Made by a program: the position numbers and the translations under genes. From a virus: a stretch of DNA of 64,000 bases. Below the pieces are notes generated by a model. The model worked only from the letters and a program-made list of their open reading frames with translations. It ran no database searches and had not been told where the DNA came from. The DNA is taken from the IMG/VR virus record IMGVR_UViG_3300044977_000034, positions 1-64,000 of that record. One strand, given 5' to 3'. Shown piece by piece: positions 46,775 to 55,002 of this stretch. The stretch's first letter is position 1, and every line of letters begins with the position of its first letter.

Positions 46775-48023
46775 GTCGAGGGATCTCACGATCGCGCAAG
46801 ACCTTGGCCACAGGTTGCCTCAGTTCGAGGCCGCGCTGACCGGGACCGGCGTCGATCCCAAGCGGTTCATCCGAGTGGTGATGACGGCCATTAACATAAA
46901 TCCGGACCTCCTCGCTTGTGAAAGGCGGTCTTTAATGAACGCGGCCATGCGCGCCGCGAGCGACGGTCTCGTGCCGGACGGAATCGACGGCGCCCTGGTC
47001 CCATTCGAGGGCAAGGTCACATGGATGCCGATGATCGCGGGCATCCGAAAGAAGGTCCGCCGGAGTGGCGAGGTGACCAGCTGGGACGTGACGGCGGTCT
47101 TCCAAAAGGATCGCTTCGACTACGAGCTGGGCGACGATCCGTTCATCAAGCACAAGCCCTACGATGCGCCGGAGCTGCCGCGCGCCGACGGCGAAGCCGA
47201 TGAGGATTACAACCGGCGGCTGCGCAAACATCTCGACCACGGACAGCTGACCCACGTCTATTCGGTCGCGAAGATCAAAGGCGGCGACAAGTCGCGCGAC
47301 GTCATGACGCGGGCCGAGGTCGAGCTGGTGCGCGATAGCTATGCGCGGAAGAACAAGAAGGGCGAGTTCTCGCCAGCCTGGAGGAAATCGTTCGCTGAGA
47401 TGGCGAAGAAGACGATCGCGCGGCGGCACGCCAAGCAGCTGCCGATGTCCACGGACATCCTGGCTTTGCTCTCTCGCGATGATGACCTATATGATGTGGA
47501 CAGAGAGCGCGCGGACCGCATTCAAGCGCCCAGCGTGCTCGATGACCGCCTAGAGCTTCTCGTCGGAGTCGATCCTGAGACTGGCGAATTTGGTTCTGCT
47601 GAAGGGGTGTCGACTCCCCCATCGCAGGAACGCGCGGCCCCCCATGACATCTCCGGAGTAGGCGCCGGGGACGAGGGGGCCGCGCAACATCTCGAATCCC
47701 GAGCGGTGATCCCCGCCGCTCCGGATGGCGCGGCGGACAGGGGCTCGCAGCCGACCGCCGCGCAGCCCGAGCTGGCGACTACCGCACTAGAACCCAGCTC
47801 GCCAGCGCCACCGGGAGTCTCGCAAACCCCCGCACCAGCTCCCGGTGGTACTCCCCGCGATCTCCTGACGCCGCCGGTCGAGCAGCGCGGCGCAGACATG
47901 GCCAAAAGAGGTAGGCCGGAGCTGGAGCGCTGGGTGAACGAATTGCCGCCCGATGAAATGGCGAAGATCTCCCTGGCCCAGCTCAAGGCATGGCGCGGCG
48001 TCGCCGACAAGGTGGCGACCTGA
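46761..48023 (+). CDS. recT: RecT-family single-strand annealing protein
   Basis: SL..A...A..GL.PDG, LVPF, W...F.EMAKKT. Confidence 0.85.
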   Translation: MMATESRDLTIAQDLGHRLPQFEAALTGTGVDPKRFIRVVMTAININPDLLACERRSLMNAAMRAASDGLVPDGIDGALVPFEGKVTWMPMIAGIRKKVRRSGEVTSWDVTAVFQKDRFDYELGDDPFIKHKPYDAPELPRADGEADEDYNRRLRKHLDHGQLTHVYSVAKIKGGDKSRDVMTRAEVELVRDSYARKNKKGEFSPAWRKSFAEMAKKTIARRHAKQLPMSTDILALLSRDDDLYDVDRERADRIQAPSVLDDRLELLVGVDPETGEFGSAEGVSTPPSQERAAPHDISGVGAGDEGAAQHLESRAVIPAAPDGAADRGSQPTAAQPELATTALEPSSPAPPGVSQTPAPAPGGTPRDLLTPPVEQRGADMAKRGRPELERWVNELPPDEMAKISLAQLKAWRGVADKVAT

Positions 48024-48235
48024 TGACGAAGGAAGAATGGCTCGCCGATCTGAAGAAGCGCGCGCTGGAGCTGGCCCGCGCCGGGGATCTCCAGCACGCG
48101 GTCAGCCTGATGGGCGTCGAGATCAACCGGCGGCAGGACATGAAGGTCCACCACGCCTTTGTCCTGGCCGGTACAATGCACGCGATGAACGATGATTCGC
48201 CTGCGGTCATCCACTGGATCGAGTCAATCCAATGA
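48023..48235 (+). CDS. Hypothetical protein
   Basis: TGATG coupling. Confidence 0.6.
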   Translation: MTKEEWLADLKKRALELARAGDLQHAVSLMGVEINRRQDMKVHHAFVLAGTMHAMNDDSPAVIHWIESIQ

Positions 48236-48492
48236 AAACGGTCGCGGAAGGTGACCTAATCCAAGTCAATGAGGACGGACCCGCCAATTGGTTCCGGTGC
48301 ATCCTCGTGGTCGACACGGTCAGGACCTCGTGGGTCCGGGCCTATGCGATCCTTCCCCAGGCGCGCGGCAAGCCCTCGGCCGACGCTTTCATGCAGCTCG
48401 ACTGGGAAGAGTTCGATACACTCGGGGTGAAATCCAAGTTCATCATCGCCCCGACGATGGATATGTTTGAAGGACAGGGAGAGCCACAATGA
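48232..48492 (+). CDS. Hypothetical protein
   Basis: ATGA coupling. Confidence 0.6.
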   Translation: MKTVAEGDLIQVNEDGPANWFRCILVVDTVRTSWVRAYAILPQARGKPSADAFMQLDWEEFDTLGVKSKFIIAPTMDMFEGQGEPQ

Positions 48493-48971
48493 TGAGCTGG
48501 GTACTTGCGCTCCTACCGGGCGCTATCGCGGCGCGGCTGAAAGAGCCGAAGCCGAACGGGACCGTCGCTCTGCTCGCGCTCAAAGAGCGAAACGCCGAGC
48601 TGAAGGAGAAGCTGCGCCTTTGCGAAGCGGCCCGCGACGCAGCTCGCGCCGATCGCGACCAAAGCGACGCCCAGCTGCGCATGGTCCTTCGCAGATTCGC
48701 GGAGGAACAGGCCGCGCGCCTTCAGCTCCAACGCGACCTGATCGAGGCGCAGGCGTTCCAGCGCGCCGAGCGCGAAGTCTTGGGGCCGCTCCTCGCCCAA
48801 AGCGTCATGCTGCCGCTGCCAGCGCGCGCCATGCTGCCGCTGCCAGCGCCGACGATCGTGCCGCTGACGCAGAGCCTGGAGAACGCCATGCGGCAAATGG
48901 ACGAGTTCATCTGCAACTGCGCGCCTGGGCGCCATGAGATCCTCAACCTCAACCGCCTGTTCGAGGAGTAA
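48489..48971 (+). CDS. Coiled-coil hypothetical protein
   Basis: Coupled ORF; internal MLPLPA duplication. Confidence 0.55.
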   Translation: MMSWVLALLPGAIAARLKEPKPNGTVALLALKERNAELKEKLRLCEAARDAARADRDQSDAQLRMVLRRFAEEQAARLQLQRDLIEAQAFQRAEREVLGPLLAQSVMLPLPARAMLPLPAPTIVPLTQSLENAMRQMDEFICNCAPGRHEILNLNRLFEE

Positions 48972-49012
48972 AACCAACCGGGCCGCCTACGGCCCCTCGG
49001 GGGAAGAGTCGA

Positions 49013-49333
49013 ATGAGTGGACGAGCGAAGTGGTCGCTTGCGCAGCGTTTTTGGGCGCATGTCGATATTCGGGGGCCAGACGAATGCTGGCCGTGGATGG
49101 GCTGCAAGCCCGACAGATATCCATTCTTCCGGGCTGGAACGAAAGCTTATCACGCCTCTCGCATCGCCTTCATGCTCGCGACCGGGCGGTGGACTGATTA
49201 CTTGCGGCACTCCTGTGACTATCCGCCGTGCGTCAATCCCGGCCATCTGGTCGAAAGTACTCATGCCGAGAACGTCGCCGACATGTACGCGAAGGGGCGC
49301 GATCGTTGCTGGGGATGGGGGGTAAGCCGATGA
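49013..49333 (+). CDS. HNH endonuclease
   Basis: RFW..V....DECW.W, HSCD.P.CVNP.HL...T..EN..D. Confidence 0.85.
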   Translation: MSGRAKWSLAQRFWAHVDIRGPDECWPWMGCKPDRYPFFRAGTKAYHASRIAFMLATGRWTDYLRHSCDYPPCVNPGHLVESTHAENVADMYAKGRDRCWGWGVSR

Positions 49334-49863
49334 GGCGCGAGTGCGGCGACTGTCAATTGTGCTGTAAATTATTGCCCGTCAAAGGAATCAACAAGCCCGC
49401 GAACACGCGGTGCCAGCATCAGCGGCACGGGAAGGGGTGCGCCGTCTACCACAAGCCCCAGAAAGGGTTCCCGTGGGAGTGCGGCTACTGGAATTGCGTC
49501 TGGCTTCAGGGTGATGACGCGGCGGAGCTGCGCCGCCCGGATCGCGCTCATTACGTTTTGGATATCATGCCCGATTACGTGACTGCACAGGACCCCAAGC
49601 TCGGCGAGGTCCGAATCCCCTGCATCCAGATCTGGTGCGATCCGAAATACCCTGACGCCCACCGAGACCCCGCGCTGCGGGCATGGCTGATCCGGCGCGA
49701 CGGATTCGTCGGCCTCGTCCGCTACAGCAACGACAGCGGGGACTTCGTGCTGATCCCGCCGTACATGATGGAAAACGGCGAGTGGCTTGAGAAGCGCCAA
49801 GGCAATGTTCAAGAGGGCAATCATTCGTTCGGCCAAATCCTCGATGCTCTGAGTGGCGCATGA
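49330..49863 (+). CDS. Cys-cluster (YkgJ-like) protein
   Basis: CG.C.LCC, C.H...GC.VY, C.WL, RPDR. Confidence 0.65.
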   Translation: MRRECGDCQLCCKLLPVKGINKPANTRCQHQRHGKGCAVYHKPQKGFPWECGYWNCVWLQGDDAAELRRPDRAHYVLDIMPDYVTAQDPKLGEVRIPCIQIWCDPKYPDAHRDPALRAWLIRRDGFVGLVRYSNDSGDFVLIPPYMMENGEWLEKRQGNVQEGNHSFGQILDALSGA

Positions 49864-50132
49864 GACGGGCCGCCCTGGCTGTGATCGCCATCACACTGGC
49901 GACCGATTCGGCCGCCGCATGCCGCAAGCACGCCATCTGGAAATACCCGTGGCCCCAACCGTGCTTCACCGCCTATGCGCCGCAGCCGCTCCGGCATCGC
50001 GCCGATGAGCAAAGCCACGACTGGACCGTCGAGATCACCAAGCTGCCGCCGAGGTGGAACCTCGACGAGCCGCGCCTGGAAGACCCTGATCGGGCCAAGG
50101 GGCTCGATTTACTAAAGGAGCAACTCAAATGA
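49860..50132 (+). CDS. Small secreted protein
   Basis: Signal-peptide-like N-terminus. Confidence 0.5.
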   Translation: MRRAALAVIAITLATDSAAACRKHAIWKYPWPQPCFTAYAPQPLRHRADEQSHDWTVEITKLPPRWNLDEPRLEDPDRAKGLDLLKEQLK

Positions 50133-50467
50133 GTGACGAGTCGAACCACTTCGCTGATCACGAAGGACAAGCCATTCGCCCCGGCGTCGGCATCCCAGTG
50201 AGCGCGCCACTGCGCGAAACCCCCGCCTTCAAGCGCATGCTCGGGGCCATCCCGCCCTCCGAGAAAGAGATCCTGGCCGACGCCGATCACGGAATCGCCG
50301 CCGTCGCCAACGGCAATGCTGTCAAGCGCTCCGAGGCGCGGCGCGACGCCATTCTCGCAGTCTCGCTAGCGATCGTGCGGCGCGGCCAGAACCCGGTCAC
50401 GGACTGGACGACGCGGGACACGGACACGGCCTACGCCATCGCGGACCAGCTCATCGCGCTGTCATGA
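50129..50467 (+). CDS. Hypothetical protein
   Basis: AAGGAG SD. Confidence 0.6.
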   Translation: MSDESNHFADHEGQAIRPGVGIPVSAPLRETPAFKRMLGAIPPSEKEILADADHGIAAVANGNAVKRSEARRDAILAVSLAIVRRGQNPVTDWTTRDTDTAYAIADQLIALS

Positions 50468-50491
50468 ACCGCCTACAAACGGAGTCGAACC

Positions 50492-50791
50492 ATGCCAAAA
50501 TTCAGCCATCAAGACCTAGCGGAAGCGTTCCAATTCACCAGCGAGTACGGACCCGGATTCGGCGAAAGGTGGTCACTGTCCCAGTCTCGGCAGGAGACAA
50601 CGAGGCTGAGAAGACGCCTGGAGAGATACGCCATGCCGTTCGAGCTGGTCGACCACGGAAACGACGTCTGGGAGCTGATTCAAGAGGCTCCGATGAGCCG
50701 GTCGGACTATATGGGCCGCCTGTTTGGGCCTGAACGAAAGGACGACAGCAACCGTTGCCGCGTTGGCGCGTTTGCCTACGACCATTTGTGA
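50492..50791 (+). CDS. Hypothetical protein
   Basis: GGAGTCGAA leader. Confidence 0.6.
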   Translation: MPKFSHQDLAEAFQFTSEYGPGFGERWSLSQSRQETTRLRRRLERYAMPFELVDHGNDVWELIQEAPMSRSDYMGRLFGPERKDDSNRCRVGAFAYDHL

Positions 50792-50820
50792 CGAAAGCCC
50801 AGGCGTTCACCTAAAAGCAT

Positions 50821-50849
50821 TTGCACGTTGTGCAAAATCTGCCTAAATT
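50821..50849 (+). promoter_or_regulatory. Promoter with operator over the -35
   Basis: TTGCAC-17-TAAATT; TTGCACGTTGTGCAA. Confidence 0.6.
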
Positions 50850-50854
50850 GACGG

Positions 50855-50968
50855 CGTTGGCCGGAGCCCACACTCCGGCCCACACTTCGCCCCTCAAGCG
50901 CACCAAGGGGGCGGAGGGAGGGGGACCCGCTGCCCGAGACCGCCTCTCCTAAAGCCGGTCCCCCTCTA
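50855..50968 (+). ncRNA. Candidate three-hairpin small RNA
   Basis: Three abutting stems downstream of a promoter, no ORF. Confidence 0.4.
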
Positions 50969-50969
50969 C

Positions 50970-51152
50970 CTACCCGAGCCTTCCTGTCAGCAGCAAGACA
51001 ATCACGATGATCAACAGAATCGTGATCAAGCTGATGCCGCCATTGCCGAATCCGTAGCCGGGTTGCCAGGGCGCGCCGGAATAGAAGCGCGGGCCGACGC
51101 CTCCCACCAGAATCACGATCAGAATGATGAGGAGGATGGTTCCGAGGCTCAT
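50970..51152 (-). CDS. DUF3309-like small membrane protein
   Basis: MSLGTILLIILIVILVGG...GYG; two TM segments. Confidence 0.7.
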   Translation of the reverse strand: MSLGTILLIILIVILVGGVGPRFYSGAPWQPGYGFGNGGISLITILLIIVIVLLLTGRLG

Positions 51153-51153
51153 A

Positions 51154-51396
51154 TCACTGTCCCAGGATTCTGATTGCTCCGAGCACTCCGACTACGATCG
51201 CGACGAACTCCAGGGCAAACTTCGATATCGAGCCGTTGGTGCAACCCTCCGGCACTGGCTTGCTCACGAAAACAAACTGGAAGCACGCCCACTCGGCGTA
51301 GAGCGTGCCAAACGCGAACAGGAACAGGATGCCGAAGATCGACAAAATGGCGATGAGCAGCAGCTGCCGATAAGTTTTTTTGTCCTCATCGCTCAT
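51154..51396 (-). CDS. Putative holin
   Basis: Two TM segments; coupled to the endolysin. Confidence 0.5.
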   Translation of the reverse strand: MSDEDKKTYRQLLLIAILSIFGILFLFAFGTLYAEWACFQFVFVSKPVPEGCTNGSISKFALEFVAIVVGVLGAIRILGQ

Positions 51397-51845
51397 GCAA
51401 AGCCGCTGCGGGTGCCCTTGTTGTCGATGGTCAAGGCTTGATGGCGCGGCTCGCCAGCGGTCAGACCGAGATGCACCCAAGTGTCATATTCGTGGATGAG
51501 CTGGTCGATACCCAGCTCCTTCATGTGTGAGTGGAGATGCTTGCAAATCTTCAGCGGCGTGCCGAAACCAGGGCAGCTGAAGTCGACCGCGAGCGCGCTC
51601 ATGTGCGCGGATGACTTGCTGCCCCCGACTGCCGCATTGACCTGGGGGCTGCGATAGCCGGAACTGACCAGAATCGGCTTGTCGCCAAGCAAGGTGCGAA
51701 CCTTCTCCATCACCTCGGCGGTGCGGGTGAGGTTCTTGCGCTCCTGACTGCTGGCAGGCGGCACGTTGTTGAGGCCTTTGCGGGCCGCCGTCTGGCTGTC
51801 TGTAAATTCCTCAAGCGTGAAATGCGGCGTAAGTTGAGTGGCCAT
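51393..51845 (-). CDS. Endolysin, peptidase M15 family
   Basis: HFTLEEF..S, SSGYR...N..VGG...S.H...A.D, WVH. Confidence 0.88.
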   Translation of the reverse strand: MATQLTPHFTLEEFTDSQTAARKGLNNVPPASSQERKNLTRTAEVMEKVRTLLGDKPILVSSGYRSPQVNAAVGGSKSSAHMSALAVDFSCPGFGTPLKICKHLHSHMKELGIDQLIHEYDTWVHLGLTAGEPRHQALTIDNKGTRSGFA

Positions 51846-51939
51846 GGGATTCCCTCCCATTGCCGACCGGCTAGCCCGCCGCAGTTATGCCACAGATCGA
51901 CGGCGGCTGTCCCCATTCGCGATTCGTTCTTCGAGGAAC

Positions 51940-51965
51940 AAAAAGGGGGCGGCCAAAGCCGCCCC
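51940..51965 (-). terminator. Intrinsic terminator
   Basis: GGGGCGGC/GCCGCCCC hairpin plus T-tract. Confidence 0.6.
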
Positions 51966-51992
51966 AATGTCCTTCTACGCGAAAGGAAAACC

Positions 51993-52643
51993 TCAGAACG
52001 CGAGACGCTCCTTGGCGCGCCTGTGCAGCCCGAGCAGGCTCAGCAAGCCGAAGCCGAGCACCAGCATGGCCCAGGTCGAGGGCTCCGGAACGCCGGTCAC
52101 CAACTGAACCGAGCCGCCGAACGACTGCCTCGGCGCCGTGAAGTCGATGGCGAATTGGGCCTCGTCCGAGGTGAACGCGCCAGCCGCCGCCGAAACCGGA
52201 CCAAAGGAGCCGTCGAGCAGCGTGGCTGGGAACGTGTGCGTGGCGAGCAGCCCGCCATCGGCGAAGGTCCGCTCGGTCGTCGGGCCTGGATCGTTGGTCA
52301 GGCCGTTGACCGTGAAAGTTGACAGCGTGTTCCCTGTCCCCGTGATGGCGCTTTGGATGACGTCGATCGTCAGCTCGTGCGAGCCGCTGAATCCCGCCGC
52401 CGCAGTGGCGTCGAGCGTCACGGCGGAGAGGTCCGCCTTGGGCAGAATCGGCGAGCCTTGAGCGTTGATGGTGATGTTGGCGAAGTTCGCGTCGTTGGCC
52501 GTGAGGCTCGCCGCGCCGGTCGTGATCCCCGTGATGTTGTCGATCAAGGTTCCGTTGTCGAACACCTCGATGCTCAACGTCGCCTTGGCCGGACCCGCGC
52601 CGATCGCCGCGAGAACCGCCGTAGTCAGTAGCAATCTATGCAT
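51993..52643 (-). CDS. PEP-CTERM (PEPxxWA) surface protein
   Basis: Signal peptide ending AKA; C-terminal VPEPSTWAM-TM-RR. Confidence 0.85.
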   Translation of the reverse strand: MHRLLLTTAVLAAIGAGPAKATLSIEVFDNGTLIDNITGITTGAASLTANDANFANITINAQGSPILPKADLSAVTLDATAAAGFSGSHELTIDVIQSAITGTGNTLSTFTVNGLTNDPGPTTERTFADGGLLATHTFPATLLDGSFGPVSAAAGAFTSDEAQFAIDFTAPRQSFGGSVQLVTGVPEPSTWAMLVLGFGLLSLLGLHRRAKERLAF

Positions 52644-52704
52644 GGAAAGACCCCTAGAGTTGGATGCCGAATCGTAGCCTTTCTACAACTCGATGAATAC
52701 AAAT

Positions 52705-52733
52705 AAATTACATCCGTCTTGCAGTCCATGCAA
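52705..52733 (-). promoter_or_regulatory. Promoter with operator for the PEP-CTERM gene
   Basis: TTGCAT-17-TAATTT; TTGCAGTCCATGCAA. Confidence 0.6.
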
Positions 52734-52828
52734 AAAAATCAGCGGCGGAGGCGCAGTGGGAGGAACGCGCCGCCGCCGCTTCAACCGCCTATTGCCCCTG
52801 CGCTAGAGACCTCGGCGATTCAGCCTGT

Positions 52829-53527
52829 TTACCGCTTGGGCTGTCGCTCCGGAGGCGTCGGCAACGGCTGGCCTGGAGCCGGACGGCTTGGCGGCAGGCC
52901 TTGGCCCGGACGCGGCGGAATCCCCGGCCTAGTCGGCGGCAGGGGTTGGCCTGCGGTCGGGGGACGGCCCGGTCGGCCGCCGGGGAGGCTTTGGTCGGGG
53001 TGCTCCTCGCCAACGCCATAGTCAGGATCGGTCGGCCGCTCCGGCCGCACCGGAACATCGATCACCGCCCACCGCGAGCCGACGCCCGAAATAAAGATCA
53101 CCGCGAGCGCCTTGCCCGGAGGGACGCTCGGAGGCAGCGGCGGCCAGACGGAGCCCGGAGGCAGCTCTGGAAGACCGGGAGGAACCTCCGGCGGCAAGCC
53201 CTGATCGGGACTCTCTGGATCGATCGGGTAGACCGGGAGCTGACCCGATTCGGCGCCTTCATCTACGCCATAACCCGGATCGCGACCGCCCCAACCGCCC
53301 CACGAACCCGGAGGACGATTGCCCGGATGCTCGCCGCCGCCCCAACCCCAGCCCGGATCGACCGGACGGCCAGGACGACCGGGCAAATGGCCGGGACGCT
53401 CGGGACGGCCGGGAAGCCCGCCGCCGATTTCAGCGCCTTCGTCAATGCCATAGTCGGGGTCGACAGGGCGCCCCGCGTGATCAAAGTGAACTGGTTGAAG
53501 CCAGACTAACTGCTTTCCTCGTGCCAT
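52829..53527 (-). CDS. Proline-rich repeat protein
   Basis: RPVDPDYG-like and PDQGLP-like repeats; AAGGAG SD. Confidence 0.7.
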   Translation of the reverse strand: MARGKQLVWLQPVHFDHAGRPVDPDYGIDEGAEIGGGLPGRPERPGHLPGRPGRPVDPGWGWGGGEHPGNRPPGSWGGWGGRDPGYGVDEGAESGQLPVYPIDPESPDQGLPPEVPPGLPELPPGSVWPPLPPSVPPGKALAVIFISGVGSRWAVIDVPVRPERPTDPDYGVGEEHPDQSLPGGRPGRPPTAGQPLPPTRPGIPPRPGQGLPPSRPAPGQPLPTPPERQPKR

Positions 53528-53598
53528 GCGTTTCTCCTTCTTGGGGTTCGCCTCTCCCTTGTGCGCCTTGGCGGTAGCACGAATCGATGACGGGCGGG

Positions 53599-54594
53599 CT
53601 ACCACTTGATGATTTTCATCGTGCAAGTTGTGGGCTGGATGTTGTTGTGGGCGCCCGAGCTGCCCGCAGGGGCGAGGTTAGCGTAGCCGGTTCCGATATA
53701 GACGCCGCTGGCGGACGCGCCCCCGGTGTTTGCAGCGCTTTGAGAGACAGCGCCAGTACTGGGGTACGTCCCGCCATAAAGGGCGAAATTCGTCGCCTCG
53801 GTGTAGCCGTGGGTGTGGTTGTCCTGAGACGCGGCATGGCCATGGCCATAGTCGCCGTGGGTGTGGGACGGCATCTCGGCCGCCGACAACGTGTGATAGG
53901 CCTCGCCCGCGAAGGTCACCACGCCCCAGCTGTTGAGGATGCCCCGGTTGCCCTCGTTCTGGGCGTAAGGCCCCGAGGGAGGAACCGTGCCGATCTGGTC
54001 CGCCATCGCGGTCACCGTGCCGCGATAATCGGGGACCCTGAACGAGCCGCCGCTGACCCCCCAGGTCCCGCCGATGATGTCGTACAGCAGATCATGCTGG
54101 GCCTGACTCACATATCGGCCGTCGCACGGCAGCCAGCCGTTGTGGATAAAGGTCGTCGGCATATCCGCCACCGTCCCCGGAGGGCAACCGGCGTAATCCC
54201 AATAGACCCGGCTCGGGGTGACGATGATCGGATAGGGGATGCCGAAGCTGGTGAAGAAATAAATCCCGATCTGGTCGTTGAAGTTGTTGCCGCGCACATA
54301 GAGCGCGTGGCCGTTGAGGTTGATCCCCTGAATGACGATCCGGCGACCTCCGATCGGCGGGTAGCTGATGTACTGGTCGCTGCTCAGCGTGCCGGTCAGA
54401 TAGAGGATCGGATTGGCGGCCTGGGCGATGGTGAGTTCGATCGTTCCGCCTGAACACGAGAGGACGTACTGCCCGCCATACGCCGTGTCGAGCGTATTGA
54501 GCGAGCCATCCATAGGGGTGTCCCAGCCGGTCGCGGCGTAGTCTCCATGAGCGGGAATTTCCAAACTTAAGTTAGGTGTAAAAGTGCTAACCAT
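53599..54594 (-). CDS. Tail fibre/collar-domain protein
   Basis: GWL.CDG, F.VPDYRG, GE..HTL...EMPSHTH, HNNIQP. Confidence 0.85.
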   Translation of the reverse strand: MVSTFTPNLSLEIPAHGDYAATGWDTPMDGSLNTLDTAYGGQYVLSCSGGTIELTIAQAANPILYLTGTLSSDQYISYPPIGGRRIVIQGINLNGHALYVRGNNFNDQIGIYFFTSFGIPYPIIVTPSRVYWDYAGCPPGTVADMPTTFIHNGWLPCDGRYVSQAQHDLLYDIIGGTWGVSGGSFRVPDYRGTVTAMADQIGTVPPSGPYAQNEGNRGILNSWGVVTFAGEAYHTLSAAEMPSHTHGDYGHGHAASQDNHTHGYTEATNFALYGGTYPSTGAVSQSAANTGGASASGVYIGTGYANLAPAGSSGAHNNIQPTTCTMKIIKW

Positions 54595-54609
54595 CGGTAT
54601 TTCCAGATC

Positions 54610-54662
54610 TTGCAGTTCGTGCAAAAAGCGCTATATTTGGGCGGCCTACAGGAGTCGAAATC
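54610..54662 (+). promoter_or_regulatory. Promoter, operator and GCCTA/GGAGTCGAA leader
   Basis: TTGCAG-16-TATATT; TTGCAGTTCGTGCAA; GCCTACAGGAGTCGAA. Confidence 0.7.
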
Positions 54663-54848
54663 ATGCCAGAACCAAGCCTAGAATTTATCCAGCGCAATTT
54701 GCGGATGATCCAGTTGGATCAGCGGCTGATGCGCAGCGAGATGCAAACCCTGCACACGAAACTGGACACGCTGAGCGACAAGTTTGATTTGCTGATGGAG
54801 GCGTTTGGCAGCTTGGAAACCGCCGTCAAAGCGAAGCTGGGGGACTAG
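54663..54848 (+). CDS. Small coiled-coil protein, antisense to the late genes
   Basis: Own promoter and leader. Confidence 0.65.
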   Translation: MPEPSLEFIQRNLRMIQLDQRLMRSEMQTLHTKLDTLSDKFDLLMEAFGSLETAVKAKLGD

Positions 54849-54852
54849 GGCC

Positions 54853-55002
54853 ATGTGGTTCCTTATTTTCCCGCACCCGTTCAGTTTCTCGCCGAGAGAG
54901 AAGCCGCCCCAGGACCCCGACCAGATATCATGGAGGACTGTGATCCTCGTGATCGTCCTCTGTTCGTTAGCCAGCGGCCTCTTTAATTATCTCGTTCATT
55001 GA
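54853..55002 (+). CDS. Small membrane protein
   Basis: C-terminal TM segment; convergent overlap with 54996-56885. Confidence 0.45.
   Translation: MWFLIFPHPFSFSPREKPPQDPDQISWRTVILVIVLCSLASGLFNYLVH

Noticed and set aside
37083-48026. Other CTGANGA hits (37083, 48020) as hammerheads
   Set aside because: They lie in coding sequence with no matching GAAA, stems or cleavage triplet
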